This document shows positions 1 to 7,657 of a stretch of 32,000 bases of DNA, in pieces (position 1 is the first letter of the stretch; each line of letters starts with the position of its first letter). The notes below the pieces were generated by a model. The model was given only the letters and a program-made list of their open reading frames with translations, was not told the DNA's origin and ran no database searches. Source of the DNA: Methanopyrus kandleri AV19 (GTDB lineage: Archaea; JAADCQ01; Methanopyri; Methanopyrales; Methanopyraceae); contig NC_003551.1 of NCBI RefSeq assembly GCF_000007185.1, positions 780,001 to 812,000 of the forward strand, read 5' to 3'. The translations under genes and the position numbers were made by a program.

Positions 1-1
1 C

Positions 2-1207
2 CGGCAGTACGCTCACCTGGTGTCCGACGGGGCCCCGATCCTCGCGGACGAGGAGGGAGTGATCTCGTTCCCTCCGGTGATAAACTCGGAGCGCACCAGG
101 GTCACGCAGGACACGACGGACCTGCTCATCGACGTGACCGGTACAGATTGGCGATCCGTGTTGGACGCGCTTCACGTGATCGTGTGCAACCTGGCCGAAC
201 GCGGCGCGGAAATCCTTACCGTTGAGATACTGGGGGCCTACGAGCGGACGACTCCAACGATGGAACTCGATGTATGGGACGTTCCCGTGAGCGAGGCTCG
301 GAAACTGTTGGGGATCGATCTCTCCGGCGAGCAGCTGGAGGAGCTGCTGGAACGCGCTCGGCACGGGGCGATCTTCGTTCCCGAGGGTGAGCGTGAGCTC
401 CGGGAGTACCCGCTCCCGGATGTGTACCACATCGAGGCTGATTGGCGTGAGATCCCTCCGATACTCTACGAGGAGGACGTGGTACGGGTCTTCGTAGGGC
501 CCCGGCGGACGAACATCCTTCACGAGTGGGACCTGATCGAAGACGCGGGGATCATGTACAATTACGACCGGTTCGAGCCCACGGTACCCGACTTCTACAC
601 GCCATCACGTGCCGATAGGGAGCGCGAATTCATCAACGTCGTGCGTGATACCCTCGCGAGGATGAAGTTCGTCGAGGTGAACTCCCTGACTCTCATCAGT
701 CCAGAAGAGAACTATCGGAAAATGCGCCTCGAACCGGACGGCCGCGCGGTGAAGTTAGCTAATCCGATTCAGAAGGAGTACACGATCGTACGAACGTGGA
801 TCCTCCCGTCTCTGATGCGTTTCCTCGCGGACAACAAGCACCGTCCGTATCCGCAACGGGTGTTCGAGCTCGGGGAGGTGATCGAACGGGACGAGGACGC
901 GGAGACCGGTGCCAAGGACCGGTGGAAACTGGCGCTGGCGATCGCCGGCCCCGGTGTGGGCTTCTCCGAGATTAAGTCCGTGGTGGAGGCACTACTGCGC
1001 GAACTGGACGTCACCGGGTGGGAGATTACCGAGAGAAAACACCGATCATTTATTAATGGAAGGTGCGCCGCCGTACTCGCCGACGGGCGGGAGCTGGGTT
1101 TCTTCGGTGAAATTCATCCCGAAGTACTGACTGAGTTCGACCTCGAGGTGCCCGTAGTGGGTGGGGAGTTCGACGTCGCGGCCCTTAGAACGGCCGCCGG
1201 GTGGTGA
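2..1207 (+). CDS. pheT: Phenylalanyl-tRNA synthetase beta subunit, C-terminal ~400 aa (5' end cut by the window edge)
   Basis: The reading frame is open from the first bases of the window, upstream of the GTG at 20. The translation (..HLVSDGAPILADEEGVISFPPVINSERTRV.., ..LANPIQKEYTIVRTWILPSLM.., ..FELGEV..) matches the archaeal PheRS beta core as I recall the family. Confidence 0.85.
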   Translation, partial: RQYAHLVSDGAPILADEEGVISFPPVINSERTRVTQDTTDLLIDVTGTDWRSVLDALHVIVCNLAERGAEILTVEILGAYERTTPTMELDVWDVPVSEARKLLGIDLSGEQLEELLERARHGAIFVPEGERELREYPLPDVYHIEADWREIPPILYEEDVVRVFVGPRRTNILHEWDLIEDAGIMYNYDRFEPTVPDFYTPSRADREREFINVVRDTLARMKFVEVNSLTLISPEENYRKMRLEPDGRAVKLANPIQKEYTIVRTWILPSLMRFLADNKHRPYPQRVFELGEVIERDEDAETGAKDRWKLALAIAGPGVGFSEIKSVVEALLRELDVTGWEITERKHRSFINGRCAAVLADGRELGFFGEIHPEVLTEFDLEVPVVGGEFDVAALRTAAGW

Positions 1208-1210
1208 CAC

Positions 1211-2434
1211 TTGGAGCAGATAGTGAAGAACGCGCTGGAGCGCGTCGAACGAGAGCAGGGGGGCGACGACCCGCCGTCGTCCCGGGGGACCGACGACGAT
1301 CAGGAGTTGATGGAAGTCCTTGAGCGGGCCCGGGCCAGGATACTCGTAGTCGGTGTGGGGGGAGCCGGCAACAACACCGCTACTAGGCTCAAAGAGGAAG
1401 GTATCGGAGGCGCCGAGGTAATAGCGATTAACACCGACGCTCAGGACCTCGTTTCGTGTAAGGCCGACCGGAAAGTGCTCATCGGGTACGAGCTGACCCG
1501 AGGATTGGGTGCCGGTGGTGACCCGCGCGTCGGCGAAGAGGCGGCTAAGGAGGACATGGAGAAGATCAAAGAGGTCGTCGAGGGCGCTGACATGGTGTTC
1601 GTCACCTGCGGTCTCGGCGGTGGCACCGGCACGGGAGCGGCACCGATCATCGCCGAAGTCGCCCGCAAGGAGGGAGCGCTCACGATCGGCGTTGTCACGC
1701 TCCCGTTCTCGGTCGAAGGTAGGAGGAGGATAGAGAACGCCCTTGAGGGTTTGGAACGGTTGAGGCAGGTGGCCGATACGTGCATAGTCATCCCTAACGA
1801 CCGCTTGTTAGAGATAGTCCCGGACCTCCCCATCGCGGCAGCTTTCAAGGTGGCGGATGAAGTCCTCATCAACGCCGTGAAAGGAATCACCGAGATGATC
1901 ACACAGCCCGGTCTCATGAATCTCGACTTCGCCGACGTGAGAGCCGTGATGGAGAACGGAGGTTTCGCCCTGATAGGCATAGGCGAAGCCGAGAACGATT
2001 CCGAGTCCGGTAGCCGGGCCGTCCAAGCCGTGGAGAACGCACTTAACAACCCGCTGGTTGACGTCGAAGTGAGCGGTGCCACCGGTGCCTTAGTCAACAT
2101 CGTCGGTGGGAAAGATCTCACGCTTAAAGAGGCCGAAGAGGTCGTGGAGTTGGTAGCTTCGGAACTGTCGGAGGATGCCACAGTCATCTGGGGAGCTCAG
2201 ATCGACGAGGACCTGAACGACGTGCTCCGCGTCACCGTAATAGTTACTGGAATCGAAGACGCCGACCTCGAGGCCATGTTCACGGGTCCAAGACAGCCGA
2301 AACGTACCGAGGTGAAGGAGGTGGCCGCCGAGTCTTCTCGGCCCGAAAAAGTCCCCGAGGTGTCGAAAGGAGGTGCGGAATCATCCGAAGATGAGAGACC
2401 GTCCTCACTCGAGGATCTGGAGAAGATCCTCTAA
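1211..2434 (+). CDS. ftsZ: Cell division GTPase FtsZ
   Basis: Contains VVGVGGAGNN and the tubulin signature GLGGGTGTGAAPIIAE, followed by an acidic C-terminal tail. It sits in the conserved euryarchaeal position upstream of secE-nusG-rpl11. The start is TTG, 3 nt after the pheT stop. Confidence 0.95.
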   Translation: MEQIVKNALERVEREQGGDDPPSSRGTDDDQELMEVLERARARILVVGVGGAGNNTATRLKEEGIGGAEVIAINTDAQDLVSCKADRKVLIGYELTRGLGAGGDPRVGEEAAKEDMEKIKEVVEGADMVFVTCGLGGGTGTGAAPIIAEVARKEGALTIGVVTLPFSVEGRRRIENALEGLERLRQVADTCIVIPNDRLLEIVPDLPIAAAFKVADEVLINAVKGITEMITQPGLMNLDFADVRAVMENGGFALIGIGEAENDSESGSRAVQAVENALNNPLVDVEVSGATGALVNIVGGKDLTLKEAEEVVELVASELSEDATVIWGAQIDEDLNDVLRVTVIVTGIEDADLEAMFTGPRQPKRTEVKEVAAESSRPEKVPEVSKGGAESSEDERPSSLEDLEKIL

Positions 2435-2449
2435 GGGGGCCAAGATTCC

Positions 2450-2635
2450 GTGAGTACCTACGAAGAACTGATCTCCCTGTTACGGGACTGTAAGCGCGTC
2501 CTTCGAGCCGCCCGGAAGCCTACCTGGGACGAGTACATAGAGTCGGCTAAGATCGCCGGACTCGGCATTCTCATCGTGGGCGGAGTAGGGTTCCTGATCA
2601 GAGTGATCGTGCAGTTGATCGAGCTCTACACGTGA
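2450..2635 (+). CDS. secE: Preprotein translocase subunit SecE / Sec61-gamma
   Basis: The 61-aa product has one C-terminal transmembrane helix ([23 protein letters not shown]). Its position between ftsZ and spt5/nusG is the conserved one. Confidence 0.7.
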
Positions 2636-2650
2636 GTGGGGTAGGTTGGA

Positions 2651-3142
2651 TTGGCCGAGACCGACTCGACGAAGCTCTACGCCGTCCGCGTGCAGGCGGG
2701 TCGAGAGGAGGCCACCGCTGACATGCTCGTGATGCGCGCTCGGAGGAAGGTCAAAGAGGAAGGTATCGAAACGGGTCTAAAGGCTGTGATAGCACCCGAG
2801 GAGCTCCGAGGATACGTAATCATCGAAGTTGAGGAGTTAACCGACGAGCTCAGGGATCTAATTCACGATCTTCCGGATACGCGCGGTATCGTTGAGAAAC
2901 CTATGGATTTTGAGGAGATTGAACACTACTTCGCGCCTAAGCCCGAGGCCGTGGAAATCAGCGAAGGAGACGTCGTCGAGATACTCTCCGGACCCTTCAA
3001 GGGGGAGAAGGCACGGGTCGTCAGCGTGGACGAGTCACGTCGTGAGATAACGGTCGAGCTGCTGGAGGCCCCCGTACCCATCCCCGTAACGGTAAAAATG
3101 GACGCCCTGCGGCTCCTGCGGGAGGAGGAGTACGAAGGGTAA
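2651..3142 (+). CDS. spt5: Transcription elongation factor Spt5 / NusG
   Basis: An NGN-like N-terminus (LYAVRVQAGREE) is followed by a KOW motif (GDVVEILSGPFKGEKARVVSVD). The gene lies directly upstream of rpl11. Confidence 0.85.
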   Translation: MAETDSTKLYAVRVQAGREEATADMLVMRARRKVKEEGIETGLKAVIAPEELRGYVIIEVEELTDELRDLIHDLPDTRGIVEKPMDFEEIEHYFAPKPEAVEISEGDVVEILSGPFKGEKARVVSVDESRREITVELLEAPVPIPVTVKMDALRLLREEEYEG

Positions 3143-3169
3143 AACTAACGAATTAGGGGTGCGGTAACA

Positions 3170-3670
3170 ATGCCGAAGGAAGAGGTTGAAGTTCTCATCG
3201 AAGGAGGTAAAGCTGACCCTGGACCACCGCTCGGACCCGCTCTAGGTCCGCTCGGTGTTAACATACAGGAAGTTGTTGAAGAGATTAACCGTAAGACGAA
3301 GGACTTCAAAGGTATGGAAGTCCCAGTCAAGATCATAGTTGACACGGAGACCAGAGAGTTCGAAGTGAAAGTTGGATCACCTCCGACTTCTGCGATAATC
3401 AAGTCAGAACTTGGTATTGATAAGGGAGCGCATGAACCTAGACACGAAACAGTGGGCGATCTCTCGATGGAACAGGTGATCAAAATCGCGAAAATGAAGT
3501 TCGACGATTTACTGTCATATGATTTGAAGACGGCGGCTAAAGAGATCCTAGGAACATGTGGAAGTATGGGAGTTACGGTTGAAGGGAAGGATCCAAAGGA
3601 GGTTCAGAAAGAAATCGACGAAGGAAAGTGGGATGACCTGTTCGAGAAGTACGAGGAGGAAGAGGAGTAA
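3170..3670 (+). CDS. rpl11: 50S ribosomal protein L11 (uL11)
   Basis: Contains [25 protein letters not shown], typical of L11. An AGGGGTG Shine-Dalgarno-like site precedes the ATG. The gene has noticeably lower GC than its neighbours. Confidence 0.95.
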   Translation: MPKEEVEVLIEGGKADPGPPLGPALGPLGVNIQEVVEEINRKTKDFKGMEVPVKIIVDTETREFEVKVGSPPTSAIIKSELGIDKGAHEPRHETVGDLSMEQVIKIAKMKFDDLLSYDLKTAAKEILGTCGSMGVTVEGKDPKEVQKEIDEGKWDDLFEKYEEEEE

Positions 3671-3683
3671 GGGGTGAGCGGAA

Positions 3684-4328
3684 GTGACGATTACCGAGGA
3701 GGACTTGATCGAACCGCTCCGGAAGGTAGTGGAGTACTCCCCACCCCGTCGGTTCCTCGAGACCGTAGACATGATCGTCAACGTGAAGGGAGTCGATCTC
3801 TCCGATCCCTCTCAGCGTATCGACAAAGAGGTCGTACTCCCTCACGGTCGCGGCAAGCCCGTGAACGTTTGTGTCATCGCGGAAGGTGAGATGGCCCGAG
3901 AAGCTGAGGAGGCCGGGGCGACGGTCATTAACCGCGAAAAGCTCGAGGAACTCGCGGAGAACGTACGCGAAGCCAAGAAGATCGCCCGACGCCACGAGTT
4001 CTTCTACGCTCAGGTGGATCTAATGCCGGACGTGGGTAGGGTTTTAGGACCCGTCCTCGGTCCCCGCGGCAAGATGGCCAAGCCGGTGCCACCCAATGCC
4101 GACATCCGTGCACTCATCGAGCGGGCCCACCGGACCGCCAGAGTACGGATGCGCGACCAGCCGGTCATTCACACTGTCATCGGCGCCAGGAACATGGAGC
4201 CGGAGCAACTCGCCGAGAACGCGATGGCGGTCCTCCGGGAGATAACCTCCGAGCTCGAGAAGAGCTGGGCCCAGATAGACTCCGTGTACGTTAAAACCAC
4301 GATGGGCCCGGCGGAGCGGGTGTACTGA
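3684..4328 (+). CDS. rpl1: 50S ribosomal protein L1 (uL1)
   Basis: Contains ..DLMPDVGRVLGPVLGPRGKMAKPVPPNADI.., typical of L1. It sits in the conserved L11-L1-L10 order and starts with GTG. Confidence 0.9.
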   Translation: MTITEEDLIEPLRKVVEYSPPRRFLETVDMIVNVKGVDLSDPSQRIDKEVVLPHGRGKPVNVCVIAEGEMAREAEEAGATVINREKLEELAENVREAKKIARRHEFFYAQVDLMPDVGRVLGPVLGPRGKMAKPVPPNADIRALIERAHRTARVRMRDQPVIHTVIGARNMEPEQLAENAMAVLREITSELEKSWAQIDSVYVKTTMGPAERVY

Positions 4329-5416
4329 TGGGGGACTGTGCGATGGCCGTCAAAGCGAAGGGACAGCCGCCCTCCGGCTACGAGCCTAAGGTCGCGGAGT
4401 GGAAGAGGAGAGAGGTTAAGGAACTCAAAGAGCTGATGGACGAGTACGAGAACGTGGGTCTCGTCGACCTCGAGGGGATCCCGGCACCACAACTGCAAGA
4501 GATCAGGGCGAAGCTCCGCGAGCGTGACACCATCATCAGGATGTCCAGGAACACCCTGATGCGAATCGCACTGGAGGAGAAGCTGGACGAGCGACCCGAA
4601 CTGGAGCCGCTACTGGACTACATCGAGGGTCCTGTGGCGTTTATATTCACGAACCTCGACCCGTTCAAGCTGTACAAGCTTCTGGAGGAGAGCAAAGCCT
4701 CAGCGCCCGCTAAGCCAGGCGACATCGCTCCAGAGGACATCGTCGTACCGGAAGGTCCCACACCGTTCGAACCCGGACCGATCGTAAGCGAGCTCCAGCA
4801 GGCCGGTCTACCGGCTCAGATCCAGGACGGAAAGGTAGTCATCACTAAGGACACCGTGTTGGTTAAGGAAGGGGAGGAGATAGACGAAAAGACCGCCGAG
4901 ATCCTCAAGAAGCTCGAAATCGAGCCGATGGAGGTAGGAGTCGATATCGTAGCGATCGTAGCCGAAGGGACGCTATTCGAGCGCGATGATCTTGCGATCG
5001 ACTTCGACGAGTACGAGGACATGGCCAAGGAGGCCGCGCAGCACGCGTTCAACCTGTCGATCAACGCGGCCATACCGACGGCGGAGACCGCGGACGTTAT
5101 CGTCGCGAAGGCGCACACGGAGGCGCTCAACCTGGCAGTCAACGCGGGAGTGCCAGTACCGGACGAGACGGTTATGGGATGCATCCTGGCCAAGGCTCAC
5201 GGAGAGATGCTGGCACTGGCGGGAGCTATCGCCGAGGTGGACGAGGAAGCTCTCGACGAAGAGCTATTAGAGATGGTGAGCCGGTCGGCCGAGGCGGCCG
5301 AACGGAAGGAAAAGGAGGAAGAGGAAGAAGAGGAAGCCGAGGAGGAAGAGGCGGAGGAAGAAGAGGAAGAGGAGGAAGAAGAGGCGGCGGCAGGTCTCGG
5401 AGCTCTATTCGGTTAA
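4328..5416 (+). CDS. rplP0: 50S ribosomal stalk protein P0 (uL10)
   Basis: An L10-type N-terminal domain is followed by a long poly-Glu tract and the stalk tail AAAGLGALFG. The ATG at 4328 overlaps the L1 stop (TGATG). An alternative ATG at 4343 (MAVKAKG) is possible. Confidence 0.9.
   Translation: MGDCAMAVKAKGQPPSGYEPKVAEWKRREVKELKELMDEYENVGLVDLEGIPAPQLQEIRAKLRERDTIIRMSRNTLMRIALEEKLDERPELEPLLDYIEGPVAFIFTNLDPFKLYKLLEESKASAPAKPGDIAPEDIVVPEGPTPFEPGPIVSELQQAGLPAQIQDGKVVITKDTVLVKEGEEIDEKTAEILKKLEIEPMEVGVDIVAIVAEGTLFERDDLAIDFDEYEDMAKEAAQHAFNLSINAAIPTAETADVIVAKAHTEALNLAVNAGVPVPDETVMGCILAKAHGEMLALAGAIAEVDEEALDEELLEMVSRSAEAAERKEKEEEEEEEAEEEEAEEEEEEEEEEAAAGLGALFG
5301..5393 (+). repeat. Near-homopurine GAR-codon low-complexity tract encoding the poly-Glu stalk hinge of P0
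   Basis: About 90 nt consist almost only of G and A (gaaaaggaggaagaggaagaagaggaag...). All three forward frames stay open through much of it, which generates the spurious R/G-rich ORF at 5179-5517. Confidence 0.8.
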
Positions 5417-5438
5417 CCGACCACGGGGGCCCTATTCC

Positions 5439-5981
5439 CTGCCTCATAACGTCGTTCTTACCGGTCGTCCCGGTATCGGTAAGACCACAGTTTGTCTCAA
5501 AGTTCGTAACGTTCTAGAGGAGGAGGGCTACACCGTCGGCGGAATCTATTGCCCCGAGATCAGGGAGGGTGGTCGACGGATAGGCTTCGAGATCGTCGAC
5601 CTCACCGAGGGTGACCGGTACCTACTGGCAAGGGAAGGAGCTTCGGGGCCCAGAGTCGGTCGTTACGGGGTTTTCGTCGATAACCTCGAGCGGGCCGCCG
5701 AATCCATCGAACGTGCCGTGAAAAGGACCGACGTCGTGATCGTCGACGAGGTCGGCCCCATGGAGCTCAAGTCGAACGCGTTCGTAGACGCCGTGAGACG
5801 GGCGGCCGACGCGCACACACCCGCGATCTTCGTAGTGCACGAGCGATCGCGACATCCAGTCGTAGTGGATCTTAGGGAGGAACGCCCCGACGTCGTGCGT
5901 TTCCGGGTCACACTTTCCAATAGGGATGAGTTGTCCGACAGAATCCTCGAGCACGTGCTTGAGTGGTTGGAGGAGAGGTGA
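5439..5981 (+). CDS. THEP1-type nucleoside-triphosphatase (P-loop NTPase)
   Basis: The frame is open from 5280. Translation gives ..LPHNVVLTGRPGIGKTTVCLKV.. (Walker A) and ..DVVIVDEVGPMELKS.. (Walker B). The ORF track finds only the last 87 aa (GTG at 5718) because no ATG/GTG/TTG lies upstream in frame. The start is placed provisionally at CTG 5439, with a GGGGG run 9-14 nt upstream. Confidence 0.7.
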   Translation: MPHNVVLTGRPGIGKTTVCLKVRNVLEEEGYTVGGIYCPEIREGGRRIGFEIVDLTEGDRYLLAREGASGPRVGRYGVFVDNLERAAESIERAVKRTDVVIVDEVGPMELKSNAFVDAVRRAADAHTPAIFVVHERSRHPVVVDLREERPDVVRFRVTLSNRDELSDRILEHVLEWLEER

Positions 5982-7657
5982 TCGTTTTGGAGCATCTGGA
6001 ATGTGACGTGCTCGTGATCGGAGGTGGTGGTGCGGCCGCCCGTGCGGCGATCGAGGCCGCTAGGAGGAATCTGAACGTGGTGATCGTCTCCAAAGGTGCC
6101 GTGGGTAGAAGTGGATGCACCGTCATGGCGGAAGGGGGCTACAACGCGGTCTTACGCACGGCCGATCCGGATGACTCCTTCGACGCTCACTTCCGCGACA
6201 CCGTCGAGGGAGGCGCCTACCTCAACGATCAGGACATGGTAGAAATCCTCGTACGAGAAGCACCTAAGCGCTTACTCGACCTAGAGAACTTCGGAGCCGT
6301 GTTCGACCGTAACGAGGACGGTACCCTAGCCCAGCGTCCTTTCGGTGGTCAATCTAAGCCCCGTACTTGCTACGCCGGTGACCGTACGGGACACGAGATA
6401 ATGATGGCGTTGCTGGACGAAGTTCGCCGCCTCGACGGTATCACCGTTCTGGAACGCACAATGGGATACGGACTGGTTCGAGATCACGACGGAAGGGTAG
6501 TGGGCGCGGTATGCGTGGACCTTCAAACCGAGGATACCATCGTCATCACGGCCTACGCCACCGTTCTAGCTACAGGGGGCGCGGGTCAGCTCTACCCCGT
6601 CACCACGAACCCCGTCCACAAGACCGGTGACGGGTACGCCATGGCCTTACGCGTCGGTTGCCCGCTCATTGACATGGAAATGGTTCAGTTTCACCCCACT
6701 GGAATGGTGTATCCCGAGAGCGTTCGCGGAGTTTTGGTTACGGAAGCCGTTAGAGGTGAGGGAGGACGGCTTTACAACGCCAGAGGCGAGCGGTTCATGA
6801 AGCGCTACGATCCCGAGAGGATGGAGCTGGCGACGCGCGACGTCGTAGCTCGGGCTATTTACAGGGAGATCAAAGAGGGACGTGGGACGGAGCATGGTGG
6901 AGTTTACCTGGACGTCACTCACCTGCCCGACGAGGTGATCGAGGAGAAGCTCGAGACTACGCTCAAGCAGTTCCTGCGCGTGGGCGTGGACATTCGAAAC
7001 GAACCCATGGAGGTGGCTCCCACGGCCCATCACTTCATGGGAGGGGTCCCGATCGACGCCGACGGGAAGACGCCGATCCCGGGTCTCTTCGCGTGCGGTG
7101 AGGTTACGGGAGGTATCCACGGAGCGAACCGACTCGGCGGAAACGCCCTGGCCGATACACAGGTTTTCGGGTACCGCGCCGGAAGGGCCGCCGCCGAGCT
7201 CGCCTTGAAGTTACGGAGACGAGGTCGTAGGATACAGGTGCGCAAGACCGATGCGCCGACGGTGGAGTCCGAGATTTGGTCCACCGTCGGTCAAGAGGAT
7301 CCGATTCGAGTGCGCGAGAAGCTCCGGGAGACGATGTGGGAATACGTGGGTCTGGAGAGGTCCGAGAAAGGTCTCAAGACGGCGATCAAAACCCTCAACG
7401 AGCTCAAGGAGACCGTGGAATCCGGTCTAGACGATGAATACGGGTTACGGCCGGTCTTAGAGGTGCGCAACATGGTAGAGGTGGCTATCGCCGTCGCGCG
7501 ATCCGCCCTTTATCGGACCGAGAGCCGTGGAGCTCACTATCGGTCGGATTATCCCGAACGCGATGACAAACGGTGGCTTCGTCACACTGTCTACAGGCCC
7601 AACGGCTCTCTGGCCACCCGTCCCGCTAAGATCACTCGACTGGATCCCCGTCAGTGA
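5963..7657 (+). CDS. tfrA: Fumarate reductase / succinate dehydrogenase flavoprotein subunit (thiol:fumarate reductase TfrA-like)
   Basis: Contains a DVLVIGGGGAAARAA dinucleotide fold, HPTG, RGEGG, HHFMGGV and a C-terminal SRGAHYRSDYPERDD. Cys replaces the His used for covalent FAD attachment (RSGCTVMAEGGYNA). No Fe-S subunit gene is adjacent. The exact start is uncertain, and the ORF overlaps the NTPase end by 19 nt. Confidence 0.8.
   Translation: MVGGEVIVLEHLECDVLVIGGGGAAARAAIEAARRNLNVVIVSKGAVGRSGCTVMAEGGYNAVLRTADPDDSFDAHFRDTVEGGAYLNDQDMVEILVREAPKRLLDLENFGAVFDRNEDGTLAQRPFGGQSKPRTCYAGDRTGHEIMMALLDEVRRLDGITVLERTMGYGLVRDHDGRVVGAVCVDLQTEDTIVITAYATVLATGGAGQLYPVTTNPVHKTGDGYAMALRVGCPLIDMEMVQFHPTGMVYPESVRGVLVTEAVRGEGGRLYNARGERFMKRYDPERMELATRDVVARAIYREIKEGRGTEHGGVYLDVTHLPDEVIEEKLETTLKQFLRVGVDIRNEPMEVAPTAHHFMGGVPIDADGKTPIPGLFACGEVTGGIHGANRLGGNALADTQVFGYRAGRAAAELALKLRRRGRRIQVRKTDAPTVESEIWSTVGQEDPIRVREKLRETMWEYVGLERSEKGLKTAIKTLNELKETVESGLDDEYGLRPVLEVRNMVEVAIAVARSALYRTESRGAHYRSDYPERDDKRWLRHTVYRPNGSLATRPAKITRLDPRQ

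Noticed and set aside
1441-2187. 248-aa ORF antisense to ftsZ
   Set aside because: It lies fully inside the strongly supported ftsZ gene. The Ser/Thr/Ala/Pro-rich low-complexity translation is typical of the open antisense frames that GC-rich coding DNA produces.
3676-3719. 6-bp helix (GAGCGG/CCGCTC) bracketing the rpl1 start codon, considered as the L1 autoregulatory mRNA site known from Methanococcus
   Set aside because: I cannot reproduce from memory the consensus asymmetric loop of the 23S/mRNA L1-binding site in this sequence. A 6-bp complement in GC-rich DNA is not significant on its own.
4816-4845. Minus-strand GUGAUGA with a CUGA 30 nt downstream, inside rplP0
   Set aside because: It is too short for a dual-guide sRNA, has no internal boxes, and is antisense to a conserved coding sequence.
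5179-5517. 112-aa Arg/Gly-rich ORF and the minus-strand 5226-5447 Pro/Leu-rich ORF
   Set aside because: These are alternative-frame readings of the homopurine poly-Glu tract at the P0 C-terminus, so they are artefacts of low complexity.
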